The notes: a model not told the origin generated them from the sequence alone. 64,000 nucleotides of DNA from Vulcanimicrobiota bacterium (GCA_963841685.1 CAWJDU010000003.1:1549936-1613935), one strand, 5' to 3'. Numbered from the stretch's first letter, positions 20,238 through 32,323 are shown. Numbers and translations are program-made.

Positions 20238-21403
20238 CCCGAAACCGACGCGTCGACCGCCGCCGCGGCCGTGCCCGCGAGGAACACGGTCCCGGCGAAC
20301 AGCGGCACCGCCGCGAGACCGAACGCGTCCGCGATCGTTCCGGCGATCATCGGGCCGAGCAGCTGGCCGACGCCGAAGACCGTCGTGACGCCCGAGAACG
20401 CGCGCGCCGCGCTCGCACGATCGCTGCGTTCGCGCGCGAACGCGCTCGCGACGGCCGGCGTCGCCGCGAGCCCCAGGCCGACGCACATCGTCCCTGCGGT
20501 CGCGGGGACGATGCCCGCGACAGTGGCGAGCAGCGAACCGGCGCCGCCGCAGAGCAACGGGATCGCGAGCGACCACCGGTGCGCCCCGCTTTCGAGCACG
20601 ACGCCCGCGAGCAGAGCGCCCGCGCACGCCGCCCCGCCGCACACCGTCCAAATGAGCACGACCGCGGCCGGTGAGAATCCGCGCGCTGCGAACGCGGAGA
20701 CCGCGAACGTCACGAACGCGATGTACGCGATGCCGTACGCCGCGTAGGCGGCGACGAAGTAGACGTTCGCCGGGCGCGCGAGATCGCTCCAGCGGAATGC
20801 CGGCTCGACGGCATCCGTCGTGCCGGCCGCGTGCGGCTGCGGCGCGATACGCCACGCGAGCACCGTGACGAGCAGTGCGGGAACGGCCCACAGCGCAGTC
20901 GCGTCGCGCCAGGACACCGCGCCGCCGAGCGTCCATGCGCCGGCGGGCGCCGACACGACGAGCGCGACACCGATCGCGCTCCATGCGACGCCGCTCGCGA
21001 GACCGCGTCGCTCCGGCGCCACGCGCTCCAGCGCGTCCGTCACGGCGCTCGCGATGCCGACGCCGCTCGCGAGCCCGATCGCGAGGCGTGTCACGGCGAG
21101 CACGATCGCGTTCGGCGACAGCGCCGACGCGACGACGAACAGTGCGACCAGCAGCTGCGAGATCGCGGTGACGCGCGGTCTGCGCGCACGATCGCGCAGC
21201 ACCCGCGGCGCGGCGAGCGTTCCGGCGAGGTATCCGCCCAAGTGCACGGCCGCGATCGCGCCGTACACGGCGTACGTGCCGCCGAGATCGCGGCGGATCG
21301 CCGGCAGCACGAGGCCGTACCCGACGCGCGCGAGCCCGATGTCGGCCGCGATCGCGAGCGCGGCCACCACGACCGCGCTGCGCGCGAACCGGTCGGCCGT
21401 CAC
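20234..21403 (-). CDS. MFS transporter (YbfB/YjiJ-like)
   Basis: IGLARVGYGLVLP, GYLAG, GQLLGP; about 12 TM helices. Confidence 0.85.
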   Translation of the reverse strand: MTADRFARSAVVVAALAIAADIGLARVGYGLVLPAIRRDLGGTYAVYGAIAAVHLGGYLAGTLAAPRVLRDRARRPRVTAISQLLVALFVVASALSPNAIVLAVTRLAIGLASGVGIASAVTDALERVAPERRGLASGVAWSAIGVALVVSAPAGAWTLGGAVSWRDATALWAVPALLVTVLAWRIAPQPHAAGTTDAVEPAFRWSDLARPANVYFVAAYAAYGIAYIAFVTFAVSAFAARGFSPAAVVLIWTVCGGAACAGALLAGVVLESGAHRWSLAIPLLCGGAGSLLATVAGIVPATAGTMCVGLGLAATPAVASAFARERSDRASAARAFSGVTTVFGVGQLLGPMIAGTIADAFGLAAVPLFAGTVFLAGTAAAAVDASVSG

Positions 21404-22122
21404 GCGGACGCGAGCGCGGCGGCGTCGATGCCGAAGCGTTCGCGCAGCGCGTGCGCCCCCGCGCGCGTGATACGCAGCGCGCGCGTGCCGGGACGGCGTA
21501 CGATCCACCTCGCACGCAGCATGCGTTCCTGAAGCGCCGCGCCGAGCGCTCCGCCGAGGTGCGGCTGCGATTCCGTCCAGTCGCTGCATGCCGTCGCGAA
21601 CTGCCGCCGCGTGGCCGAGACGGCGTCGAGATCGAGCTCGAGCGCGCCGAACACCGCGCGTGCCTGCGGCGCAAGCGTCACGGCGCCGAGCGCTGCGCGG
21701 CGCTTGCGCGACGGCGTCGTCGCGACGACGTCACGGAGCGCGTGCCGTGCGACGAGCGCGCGAAAGACCGCGACGCCGAGTTTGCCCGCGAGGTGATCGT
21801 AGCAGCTGCGCGCCAGCGCGATCTCCGGGACGGCGCGCGCGGCCGCACCCGTATCCGAGGCGCGTTCGAGCGCTTCGATGACGCTCGCAACGGTATGATC
21901 GGCGAGCGCGTACGACATCTGACGTCCCCGGCGATTGCTCGCGACCAGACCGGCATCGCGCAACAGCGTGAGATGATTCGACACTTTCGACTGCGCGGCG
22001 CCGGTGAGCGCGACGAGCTCCGACACGGTCGCGGGACCCGCCATGAGGCGCTGCAATACGGCGTAGCGAATCCGGTCGCCGAGCGCCGAGACGATCTGGA
22101 GAGCGGACGGAACGGCAGGCAT
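21400..22122 (-). CDS. ArsR/SmtB family regulator with C-terminal extension
   Basis: HTH segment VSNHLTLLRDAGLV; ARSCYDHLAG and CSDWTESQPHLGG. Confidence 0.88.
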   Translation of the reverse strand: MPAVPSALQIVSALGDRIRYAVLQRLMAGPATVSELVALTGAAQSKVSNHLTLLRDAGLVASNRRGRQMSYALADHTVASVIEALERASDTGAAARAVPEIALARSCYDHLAGKLGVAVFRALVARHALRDVVATTPSRKRRAALGAVTLAPQARAVFGALELDLDAVSATRRQFATACSDWTESQPHLGGALGAALQERMLRARWIVRRPGTRALRITRAGAHALRERFGIDAAALASA

Positions 22123-22231
22123 ACGGGCATCGTACCGCGCCGACGACGAACTATCAAGTGTAGCTGATATGTCCCATGCGGCGGGAATGGCGCGGGGAGG
22201 CCCGTGCCGAAGCGAACGTCGAGGCGCAATC

Positions 22232-22519
22232 GTGACCGACAGCAAGCGACTCATCGCCGTCATCCTCGCCGCCGTCGTGGCCGTCTACGTGCTGGACCTG
22301 CTGCTCGCGCGATACGGCGGGCCGCTGCGCGCGAACGTGTGGGTCGCGGGCGCGATCGCGTTCGGCCTGCTGGCGTACATCATCGGCATGATCGCGACGC
22401 GCGGACGCATTCGACTGCCGTCGCTGCCCCGGCGGCGTCCGCTCCGCGTCGTGAAGCGCGATCCGTCGGCCGCGGCGGCCGATTTCATCAAACGCTTCGA
22501 GGACCGCTCGCGGCGCTGA
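22232..22519 (+). CDS. Small two-TM membrane protein
   Basis: Two hydrophobic helices and a basic tail. Confidence 0.65.
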   Translation: MTDSKRLIAVILAAVVAVYVLDLLLARYGGPLRANVWVAGAIAFGLLAYIIGMIATRGRIRLPSLPRRRPLRVVKRDPSAAAADFIKRFEDRSRR

Positions 22520-22538
22520 ACGCCGCGCATCGATCGTA

Positions 22539-23135
22539 GTGCACGAGCACGACCGTCACGGCGCGAAGCAGCCGGAACGCTTCGATCCCGCGCGTGCCGC
22601 GATCCTGAACGACCCGGCACGCTTCGACGACGTCCCGCCCGATCGTATCCTCGACGAGCTGCATCTGCCGGCGGGATCGACGCTCGTCGACTTCGGCGCC
22701 GGGACGGGCCTCTACGCGCTGGCGCTCGCGCAGCGGCGGCCGGACGTTCGCATCGTCGCGCTCGACGAACAGCCCGCGATGCTGGCGCTGCTGCGCGATG
22801 CGGTTCAGCGCGGCGGCACCGCGCGCGTCGACGTCGCCGATCCGTCCGGGCTCGACGCGCTTCGCGGTCGCGTGCGCGCGGTGCTCGCGCTCAACGTGCT
22901 GCACGAGCTCGGCGATGCGGCGCTCCGCGACCTGCGCTCGCTGCCGGAAGCAGAAGGCGTCGCGCTCGTGATCGACTGGAACGGCGACGTCGAGCGCACG
23001 AAAGGGCCGCCGCGCGATCATGTGTACGGCGTCGCCGACGCGACGCGGCGTCTCGAGTCCGCGGGCTTTGCGGTCGAAGCGCGCCCTGCGCTGCGCGAGC
23101 ACTACGTGCTGCGGGCGCGCGCCGGCGGCGGGTAA
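22539..23135 (+). CDS. Class I SAM-dependent methyltransferase
   Basis: VDFGAGTG motif I; NVLHEL; VIDW. Confidence 0.87.
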   Translation: MHEHDRHGAKQPERFDPARAAILNDPARFDDVPPDRILDELHLPAGSTLVDFGAGTGLYALALAQRRPDVRIVALDEQPAMLALLRDAVQRGGTARVDVADPSGLDALRGRVRAVLALNVLHELGDAALRDLRSLPEAEGVALVIDWNGDVERTKGPPRDHVYGVADATRRLESAGFAVEARPALREHYVLRARAGGG

Positions 23136-23142
23136 CGCGCGA

Positions 23143-25227
23143 CTACTCGTCGGTGCTCGTGCGCCCCACCGACCGGCGCAGGAAGAGGCGCACCGTACGC
23201 GGTCCGGGCGCGAAGGGGCTCGCGATCGACGGCAGCGTGTAGGCGGACGGCACGGCACGCGCCGCGTTGTTGAGATTCTCGACGTCGAATTGCACCTTGC
23301 CGCGCGCACCGACCTGGACCTCGACGTTCGTGTTCAGCATGACGACCGCCGGCTGCGCGAGGATCGAATCCGCGCCCCAGTACGTCGCGCCGAGCGACAC
23401 GCGTGAGCCGCGCGCGGCGTGATAGGAGATCTCCGCGTAGCCGTGCGTCGCGCCTGACGCGACGTCGCCGAACGTCCGGCCGATCGCCGGCGTCTCGCTC
23501 GCCGTCCAAGCCTGCAGCAGATAGCCCACTCCTGCGCGCGGACGGCGGCCCAGCGAGATCTCCAGTCCGCGGCGCGCGACGGTGCCCGCGTCGATCCACC
23601 GATCGGCGGCGTCGAGCTCGAGGCGGTTCTGCTCGACGGCCGAGAAGACGTCGAACGACAGCGTCGTGAGCGCGTCGACGACGTGTGCGTCGAATCCGAG
23701 GTCCGCGGTGTTCGCGTAGGTCGGGCCCTGCGGCGCGCCGCGCAGTCCGGCCAGAGCGACGAGCGACGGCGGCGTAAAACCCGATCCGAGCGACGCGCGC
23801 AGCGTGAACGCGTTGGCCGCATGATACGCCAGCCCCGCACGCGCCGCGATGCCGCTCTCGTTCGCCGTGTAGCCGTCCGCCGCGGCATCCGCGTGCACGC
23901 CGTACGCCGCGACCTGTGCATCGAGGTGCGGCCGGAGCGGTACGATCGCGCGCGCGAACGCGGTCTGCACGCGCATGTGCGCGCCGGGATCGACGTCGAC
24001 ATCTCCGAGGGCGCTGCCCGTGCCGTACGTTTCGCTCACGCCGAGCGCGTACTGCGCCCTTCCGATGCTGTGATCGATCTCGACGGATGCTCCGGACAGC
24101 GCGTCGTCGGTGCGGAACTCCGTCGGGTCGCCGGCGGCCGGCCCGTCGCGTCGCGCCGACGCATGCCACCATCGCGCAAGCACGGCGTCGTGCGCGCCGC
24201 CCACGCGCAGCTCGCCTTCGCTGAAGGAAAACGCGCTCTCGTCGAGCCGGTTCGCATCAGCCTCGCCGTACGTCGTCGCGGTGAAGGTCGCCGCGGGCGA
24301 GAGCGACGCGCGCACCTTCAACAGCGCGGCGCGCTGAATCGCATCGTAGTCGTCGATGAGATCGGACGGAACGAGGCTCGGGCCGCTTGCCGTCGCGCCG
24401 TTCGACGTCGCGGCGAGCGCCACGCCGATGCGTCCGCCCGCGAGCGCGCCGCCCGCCGACACGTCGGCGAAGCTGCCGCCGCGCCCGTCCGCGCCCACTT
24501 CCGGCAACGCGCGCCATACGGGCGTGGGCTCGGGAAAACGAACGTTCAGCGAGCCGTTCAGCGCGCCGTCGATCGCGGGCAGCGGCGCCGACTGACCGGG
24601 ATACACCTCGACCTCGCTCAGCACGAACGCGGGGATCGCGGTGAGCGGCAGCGCGCGCGTCGACGGAAGCATGACGGGGACGCCGTCGAGCAGCGTCTGC
24701 GTTTCGAGCGGCGTTCCGCCGCGCACGAGCGCCACCGGCGGCTCGTCGTTCACGACCGTCAAGCCGCGCGCGGCGCGGTCGACGGCGATCGACGGCGTCT
24801 GCGCGAGCACCGCCGTGCTGTCGGGCTGTCCTTGATCGCGATAGCCTTCGCGCGGCAGCACGGCGAGCGCGTTCGGCGTGCCGTTGAAGGCGCCGCGCTG
24901 CGCGTTCGCGACGGAGCCGATCGTGCGCAGTGCGGACATCGGCACCGCATGCAGCGCGATGCGCACGGTGACGCCCGGAACGCCGGCGCGCACGACGACG
25001 ATGCGAGCTGCGGCCGGCACGAATCCCGGCTTGTCGGCGGACACGGCGTACGTCGCGGGCGGCACGTCGAAGACCGTGCGACCGTCGGCGTCCGCCACTC
25101 CCGTGCGCGCCGCCTCCGTCAACGTCGTTCCTGCCGGCACGACGATGATGCGCGCGCCTGCCGCGCTCGTCCCGGGATCGGGAACGACGAGGACGGTGAG
25201 CGCGACGCCGAACAGCGCGCCGATCAC
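23143..25227 (-). CDS. TonB-dependent receptor-like outer membrane protein
   Basis: Carboxypeptidase-regulatory-like N-domain, plug-like VRGG..ETQTLLDGVP, VENLNN, GPRTVRL; GTGA-coupled to the upstream receptor. Confidence 0.75.
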   Translation of the reverse strand: MIGALFGVALTVLVVPDPGTSAAGARIIVVPAGTTLTEAARTGVADADGRTVFDVPPATYAVSADKPGFVPAAARIVVVRAGVPGVTVRIALHAVPMSALRTIGSVANAQRGAFNGTPNALAVLPREGYRDQGQPDSTAVLAQTPSIAVDRAARGLTVVNDEPPVALVRGGTPLETQTLLDGVPVMLPSTRALPLTAIPAFVLSEVEVYPGQSAPLPAIDGALNGSLNVRFPEPTPVWRALPEVGADGRGGSFADVSAGGALAGGRIGVALAATSNGATASGPSLVPSDLIDDYDAIQRAALLKVRASLSPAATFTATTYGEADANRLDESAFSFSEGELRVGGAHDAVLARWWHASARRDGPAAGDPTEFRTDDALSGASVEIDHSIGRAQYALGVSETYGTGSALGDVDVDPGAHMRVQTAFARAIVPLRPHLDAQVAAYGVHADAAADGYTANESGIAARAGLAYHAANAFTLRASLGSGFTPPSLVALAGLRGAPQGPTYANTADLGFDAHVVDALTTLSFDVFSAVEQNRLELDAADRWIDAGTVARRGLEISLGRRPRAGVGYLLQAWTASETPAIGRTFGDVASGATHGYAEISYHAARGSRVSLGATYWGADSILAQPAVVMLNTNVEVQVGARGKVQFDVENLNNAARAVPSAYTLPSIASPFAPGPRTVRLFLRRSVGRTSTDE

Positions 25228-27985
25228 GGCGCGCCGACGTGCAGCGACAGTCGAACCGTCCGCGGCTGGAACGGCAGCGCGTCGACGAGTCCGACCTTGC
25301 CGTTGACGAGCGGCACCGGGATCGCGCCGTCCGTGACGATCGTCTGCTGCCCATGCACGTCGAAGAGATTGTCGACGGAGACCTGCAGCGCGGCGTGGTC
25401 GCGCGGCGCGCCGACCGGCGCGCGCACCGACGCGTTCGCGACCGTGAACGCCGGCACGCCGTACGCGTTGTTGTTGCCGTAGTACGTCTCGCCGAACAGC
25501 ATCAGCGCGCCGTTCGCGGTGCGGTAGTGCACCTCGGCATAGCCTTCCGCGTACGGGATGGCCTTGTTCGAGATGCCGTTGAACCCCGTTCCCGTGGACG
25601 TGTAGTTCGCGCCCGGCACGATCGCGAGGTTCGTGCCGAACGGGGTCGTCGCGGTGGCGTACAGCGACGGCGACACGTCGTACGCATAGGCGCGCACGAG
25701 CGCGCCTTGGGCGATGTAGCCGAAGCCCCGCGGCGCATCGCGCCGTACGCTGAGCTCCAGACCGTAGAACCGCGAGTTGCCCGCGTTCGCGGACGCGCTC
25801 GCATACACGGGGATCGTCGCCGACGAGCCGGGCGGCGCGAACGTGCCGAACGGCGTGACCGTCGTGACGAGCTGATCGCGCACGTTCGTCAGGTACGCAT
25901 CGAACGATGCGACGGTCGAACGGTCGATCCGGACGTCCGAGCCGACGTCGTAACCCCATGACGTCTCCGGCTTCAGCGTGCCGGCGTTCTGCGTCACCGT
26001 GAGCGACGTCGCACCGGGACGATAGACGGACGCGGGCGTTTGATCGACGCCGCTGAGCGCGTTGAACGCGGGCGGCGTGACCGAACCGCCCATGTCGAAG
26101 CGTACGATCGCGTCGCCGCCGTGCATGCGATGCGTGTAGCCGAGGCGCGGATCGATCTCGCTGTGCGTCGACTCGCCGAACGCCCATCCCGTTCCGGCGG
26201 GCCCGGTCGAGAACCGGTTGTCGTACGACGTTCCGTACAGCGCGAGCGTCACCGCGTCGACGTCGCTCGGACGCATCGTCACGCGCCCCATCAGGGACGT
26301 GATCGTCTGCGACGAGCCTGCCGGAACCGACGCGGCGAACGTCGCAACGCCGCCGGATGCGCCTTCGGAGTACGCATTCGTCAGCGACACGATGCGGTCG
26401 AGCGCGAGCTCGAACTCATTCGGCCCAGACGGATGGATCCACGCGAGCGAGGCGCCGCGCACGCGATCTTCCTCGACCGTTTGGCTGAAGACGTTCGGGA
26501 TCGTGATCGTCTCCGGCGTGCCGTTGAAGGCCGGCGTCGATCCGCCCGACGTCAGCGGCGCGCTGCCGGTCAGGCTCACGACGCCGGTGAACGGTTGCGA
26601 CGGCGTCGCGACCGTGTTCCCCGTGAAGCGATTGAGCGACACGCTGTACCAGCGTCCGATCAGCGTGTCGTTGCCGAGCGCCGTGCGCAGCTCGGCTTCG
26701 ACCATCGGCTCGTTCTCGATCTCGGTCACGTTCGACGGCAGGTGCGTCGTCGGGTTGAGCGCGACCGGCGTGCCCGACGGTGCGAACGTCGCGCCGAACG
26801 TCTGCAGCTGCGCGCCGTCGAGATCGAACGACGCCTGGTTCCCGATGTACGCCGCGGTGAGCGATGTCGACGGGCTGAAGCTCCATCGGGCCTTGAGCAC
26901 TTCGCTGCGCCCGAGAAACCCGTCGTCGACGGGCTGACAGCACGCCGTCATGCGCACGTACGCGTTCGACGGGTTGTTCTGCGCGCTCGGCACGGGGAAC
27001 GGCCCCGCCGGCGTCCCGCCCGGCGGCGTCGCGGACGTCGTGCCGCCGATCGTGCCGATGCCGGCGATCGTCGTTCCGGACGGCAGCGCGACGGTCGTCG
27101 GCAGCTCGGTGAACGCGCCGGGCGAACCGTACGTGACCGCGTCGACGACGAACCCGAGCTTGCCGATCGTGGACGACGCGAGCGCGTGCACCAGCGTACC
27201 GCCGAAGCCGTCGGCGACGACGTCGAAGGCCGACGTGGGATGCGTCGACGGATCGCGCGTGCGGAAGTTGACGGAACCGCCGATGCCGTTCACCACGAGC
27301 GGCGCGAACGCGCCCGGGCCTTTCGCGATCTCGACGTCCTGCAGCACGTACGTGCTCAGGAACGTCGTCACGTAGTCGCCGAAACGCCCCGTCGCGACGG
27401 GGTGGCCGTCGATCAGCGTGGTCTTCTCGTAGTCCAGCGCGCCGCGCAGATTCGGCGAGGTCTGCACGCCGAGCGACGCCGGATTGGACGACGCGGTATG
27501 GTTCGACACGACGCCTGGAGTTTCGTCGAACAGGCGCGCCGAGCTGCGGTTCGTTCTGGTCGTCGATCTGCGTCCGGCCGACGACGGAGAACGCGCCGGG
27601 CTGCGTGTTGAACGGCGCGCCGCTCGTCGTGCCGGTCGTGCCGATCGACGTGAGCGTCTCGGGCTCGAGGACGATCGTCAGGACGTGATCCGTGCCCGTG
27701 GACGGCACGACGAGCGCCGTCGCGCGGTATCCGGGCGCGGTCGCGACGACGACGAGCGATCCCGCCGCGGCAGGCACGTCGAGCGAGAATCCGCCGCCGA
27801 GGGCGCTGGTCGGTGGTGCGCCGCGCCGCCGCGATGCGCGCGCCCGCGACGGCGACTCCGGCCGAATCGCGCACCGTCCCGTGCAGCCGCGACGTGCGGG
27901 CCGGCGTCTGCGCGCCGGCGGGCGTCGCGGCGAGCGCGCACGCGCCGATGAGCCAAACGAGAAGCACGAGGGTTCGGATTCGCAC
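25224..27985 (-). CDS. TonB-dependent receptor (frameshifts near the N-terminus)
   Basis: Signal peptide, LHGTVRDSAG, PNLRGALDYEKTTLIDGHP, EIAKGPG, GGSVNFRT, LKPETS, VDNLFD. Confidence 0.85.
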
Positions 27986-28186
27986 CGCGCGCGCTTCGGC
28001 GCGGCGGCGCGCGCTCCGCCAAGCGCAGCCACCGTCGCAATCCGCGGCCTCGCGATCCGAGCAGCGCGCCGACTGCGCGATTTCGGACGAATCTCGGCCG
28101 TGTCGAGCTCCGCGCGAGAGGCTCTTTCCGTTCCGGCGGCGACTACAGCCTCCGACCCGCTTCCTTGGAAAACAGGTGGACTTGTC

Positions 28187-29307
28187 ATGCTGATTCGCCG
28201 GGTGTCGCTTCTGACGGCCCTCGCTTGCGCGCTGATCGCCGGATGCTCCGGCGGGGGCGGCGTCGCCCCGACCGCTTCGGACGGCGGGCACGCGCTCGCG
28301 CCGAAGGTCATCGAAACGGTCTCGCCGACGCCGACGCCGAGTCCGAGCGCCGACGCCGACCGCGGGACCCACGCCGTCGGGCGGGACGCTGTACGTCGCA
28401 CGACGGCGACGACGTACGCGCTGCCGTTGACCGGCAACGGCACGACGGCCGCGACGCGCTCCATCACGCCGCACCCGAACCAGACGGATCGCGTGACGAC
28501 GAGCATCGCGACGAACGCGGACGGCACGCTCGACGTTCAGGAGCTCTACTCGATCGAGCCCACCCCGGTCCCGAGTCCGAGCGCGTCGCCGGCGATCAAC
28601 CAGCACTGCCAGACCGTGGTGGAGCCCGCGAACGCGAACGGCTCGCCCGCCGCGACGAACGTGAACTGCGGGTCCGACACCACGATCCAGACACAAGGCG
28701 ACGGCGTCGCGCGCAACGCTTCCGGCGGATTCGACCAGCTCTACAACACGAAGTCGGCTCATGATCCTTGTCCCGGTATACGAGCGACGGCGCGACGCTC
28801 GCGAACACGATGACGCTCACGCCGACGTTCAATCCGCTCTGGCTTGCGACCGACAACGGCGGCCACGACTATCTGGCGAACAACCAGGGCGAGATTCGCA
28901 AGTACAAAGGCTCGGAAACGAACCCCGCCAACGACGTGGCCGACTGCACGATCACCGCGGCCGGCGGTGACGGCCCGATCGCCGTCGCGCCGGACAAGAC
29001 GATCTACATCGTCGTGAAATCGCAGACCGGCGGAATCGCCGACGAGACGATCGACGCGATCACGGGCTGCACGAGCGGCACGGCGACGGTTTCGCGCACG
29101 ATCGGACCGTTCGGTAATCAGTACATCAGCGCGCTGGCCGTAGACAACGAAGGCGAGCTGTACGTTGCGATGAACCTGCTCACGAACGCGCCGCCGGCAA
29201 CCGTGCGCGTGTACGCGAGCTTCGCGAACGGCAAGCCCACGCCGCTGCGGATCATCACGCCGAGCCCGCAAACGAACTACATCCGCGGGCTCGCGATCTT
29301 CGAGTGA
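28187..29307 (+). CDS. Lipoprotein with probable beta-propeller-like C-terminus (one frameshift near 28770)
   Basis: Lipobox LIAGC; PTPTPSPS linkers; LATDNGG, IAVAPD and LAVDNEG repeats. Confidence 0.65.
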
Positions 29308-29353
29308 CGCGCCGCGCGGGCGAGCGCCGTGTAGACCGTAGCCCCGCGCGGCA

Positions 29354-29362
29354 TGGTAAAGT
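29354..29362 (+). promoter_or_regulatory. Extended -10 promoter element upstream of rplK
   Basis: TGGTAAAGT about 120 nt before the rplK start. Confidence 0.45.
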
Positions 29363-29480
29363 AGGGCGTTGCGCCCGGCGCCGCCGGGCCGCGTTTCGGT
29401 CGCGCCACCCCGGCGGCCGGCGCGTTCACTCGCGGGGAAGACGGCCCTCGCTCGCTCGCGGACCGTCGCAAAGGAACACC

Positions 29481-29903
29481 ATGGCCAAGAAAGTCGTCGG
29501 GAAGATCGGCCTCGCTCTTCCCGCCGGGAAGGCGACACCCGCGCCGCCCGTCGGTCCTGCGTTGGGCCCGTACTCGCTCAACATCATGGACTTCTGCAAG
29601 CAGTACAACGACCGGACGAAGGCCCAAGAGGGCTTCATCATCCCGGTCGAGATCACGGTCTTCGAGGACCGCACGTTCACGTTCATCACGAAGACGCCGC
29701 CGGCGTCGTTCCTGATCAAGCGCGCGCTGGGCCTCGAGTCGGGATCGAAGGAGCCGAACCGCAACAAGGTCGGCAAGCTGACCGAGGCTCAAGTGCGCGA
29801 GATCGCGCAGGCGAAGATGCCGGACCTCAACGCGAACGACGAGGCCGCCGCGATGAAGATCGTCGCCGGCACCGCGCGCTCGATGGGCGTCGAGGTCGCG
29901 TAG
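29481..29903 (+). CDS. rplK: 50S ribosomal protein L11
   Basis: [28 protein letters not shown]. Confidence 0.98.
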   Translation: MAKKVVGKIGLALPAGKATPAPPVGPALGPYSLNIMDFCKQYNDRTKAQEGFIIPVEITVFEDRTFTFITKTPPASFLIKRALGLESGSKEPNRNKVGKLTEAQVREIAQAKMPDLNANDEAAAMKIVAGTARSMGVEVA

Positions 29904-29905
29904 CG

Positions 29906-30610
29906 ATGCGCAAGCACGGCAAGCGCTTCCGCGCGCTCGAGACCGCGTTCGACGGCAGCCGCCTCTACGATCCGACCGAGGCGGCGCAGATCGTCAAGCG
30001 CAACGCGAACGCGAAGTTCAACGAGACGATCGAGATCCACATCAAGCTCGGCGTCGATCCGAAGAAGTCGGATCAGAACGTCCGCGGCACGGTCAGCCTT
30101 CCGCACGGCACGGGCCGCACCGTGCGCGTCATCGCGTTCGCGAAGGGCGACGCGGCGCGCGCGGCCGAGGCGGCGGGCGCCGACGTCGTCGGCGAGCAGG
30201 ACCTCATCGACCGCGTCAAGGGCGGCTTCGCCGACTTCGACGTCGCGGTCGCGACGCCGGACATGATGCCGTCGATCGGCCAAGAGCTCGGCCGCATCCT
30301 CGCGCAGAAGATGCCGAACCCGAAGGCGGGCACCGTGTCGCCGAACATCGCCCAAGCCGTTCGCGACATCAAGGCCGGTAAGGTCGAGTACCGCCTCGAC
30401 AAGACGGGCATCGTGCACACGATCGTCGGCAAGGCGAACTTCGAGGACAACCAGCTGACCGACAACGTCGCGGCGCTGCTCGACGCGATCGTGCGCGCGA
30501 AGCCGTCGGCGGCGAAGGGCACGTACCTGCGCTCGATCACGCTCGCATCGACGATGGGGCCCGGCGTGAAGGTCGATCCGGCGCGCGTTCGCGCCGCCGC
30601 GACGGCGTAG
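29906..30610 (+). CDS. rplA: 50S ribosomal protein L1
   Basis: [33 protein letters not shown]. Confidence 0.98.
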   Translation: MRKHGKRFRALETAFDGSRLYDPTEAAQIVKRNANAKFNETIEIHIKLGVDPKKSDQNVRGTVSLPHGTGRTVRVIAFAKGDAARAAEAAGADVVGEQDLIDRVKGGFADFDVAVATPDMMPSIGQELGRILAQKMPNPKAGTVSPNIAQAVRDIKAGKVEYRLDKTGIVHTIVGKANFEDNQLTDNVAALLDAIVRAKPSAAKGTYLRSITLASTMGPGVKVDPARVRAAATA

Positions 30611-30625
30611 AGCGCTCCGCGCGAA

Positions 30626-30671
30626 GACAAACAAAAGGCGCTCGGCCTGGGCCGGGCGCCTTTCGTTTGTC
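30626..30671. terminator. Bidirectional intrinsic terminator
   Basis: AAAGGCGCTCGGCC/GGCCGGGCGCCTTT stem with A and T tracts, between convergent genes. Confidence 0.8.
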
Positions 30672-30685
30672 GCGCGAACTCTCGC

Positions 30686-32120
30686 TCAGCCGCCCGCTGC
30701 AGCGAGGATGCGTTCGCGGTCCATCGTGTCGCCGATCGGCGCACGATAGTGGATCGGCGTGACCGGGGCCAGCGGTGCGGGGACGCGCTTCGGCGCGCGG
30801 TCGCGCGGCTTGCGGACGAACAGCGGCAGGACGATCGACACGACGAGCATCATCGCGACGGGGAACAGCGTTCCGCTGTACGAGCCCGTGACGTCTTTCG
30901 CGCGCGCCGCGATCAGCGGGCCGACGACGCCGGCGCAGCCCCACGCGGTGATCAGCATGCCGTAGTTGAGGCCCATGTACTTCGTGCCGAAGTAGTCGGC
31001 GTTGAACGCCGGCATCGTGCCGAAGCTGCCGCCGTTGCACAGAAGCACGAGTCCGAACGCGATCGCGACGGCGACCGTCGAGTGCATCGACGGCATCAGC
31101 GCGAACACGACGGCTTGAATCTCGAGGATCAGCATGTACGTCCGGTTGCGGCCGATCTTGTCCGAGAGCGTGCCCCAGAAGATGCGGCCGAAGCCGTTGA
31201 AGATCGCCAGCACGCCGACGATCGGCGCGGCGATCGCGGCGCTCGAGCCGGTGAGATCGCTGAAGATCGGCACCGCGTTGCTGACGATCAGAATGCCGGC
31301 GGTGACGCTCGTGAACAGCATCAGCCACAGCACGTAGAACTGCGGCGTCCGCAGCGTCTCCGACGGGCGGTAGTTCCGCGTCTCGTTCGGCGACGGGGTC
31401 CTCGGCGCGGCGGCCGTAGTGCTTCGGCGGATCGCGAAGGATCAGCGCGCACGCGCCGCCGACGACGAGATAGATCGAGGCCGGACCACACGAACACGCT
31501 CATCACCGCGGCGACGTCGGCGCGCGCCATCGGCGTGCCGTGCGCGAGGTAGAGCGTGGCGTCGGCGGCGGCCCGCGCGAAGCCCGCGAAGTGCGGCACG
31601 ATGCCGTTGTAGAAGAACGCGCCCAGGCCGAAGCCGGTCAGCACGAGGCCGCCGGCGAGCCCGCGATGCCGCGGAAACCACTTCGTCACCATCGCGACCG
31701 GCGAGACGTAGCCCATCCCGAGCCCGAAGCCGCCGATGACGCCGTAGCTGACGTACAGCCACCACACGCCGAAGCGCGCGGTGAAGAGTCCGGCGAGCAC
31801 GTTGCCGAGCGCCCAGAGAACGATGCCGGTGATCGCGACGTTGCGCGGGCCGACGCGGTCCTGCCAGCGGCCGCCGACGACGGCGCCGATGCCGAGCGTG
31901 AAGATCGCGACCGCGAACGTCCACATCGTCGTCGTCACGGACCAATGAAACGCAGCGACCAGCGGGCGTGCGACGAGGCTCCATGAGTACACGGTGCCGA
32001 GGCACATCATCATGATCGTGCCTGCTGCCGCGACCGCCCATCGCCCGTACAGCGCGCGTCCGAGACGCGTTCGGGGAAACCGCCGCTCCGTAACGATGCG
32101 GCTCGATCTTCCTTGACCAT
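30686..32120 (-). CDS. OFA-family (oxalate/formate antiporter-like) MFS transporter (frameshifted)
   Basis: [47 protein letters not shown]. Confidence 0.88.
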
Positions 32121-32323
32121 TGCTTCCTTTACGAATCCCTGTCGTCGCACCCCGCTGCGGTCGGCTAACTGCCAAGAACAGCAGCCGATGGGTTTTCAAT
32201 CGGCTGCATCCGGCATCCAAACGAGCGCCGGATCACACGTAGGAGGCTGTTTTACGCAAGTTTTTCCGTATGCGCGCGATGCGTAAAGATGCGCAAACAA
32301 AACGTCGGCGCGAAAGCGGCGGC

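Noticed and set aside
27986-28186. Cobalamin or TPP riboswitch upstream of the TonB receptors
   Set aside because: No B12-box or TPP consensus could be seen.
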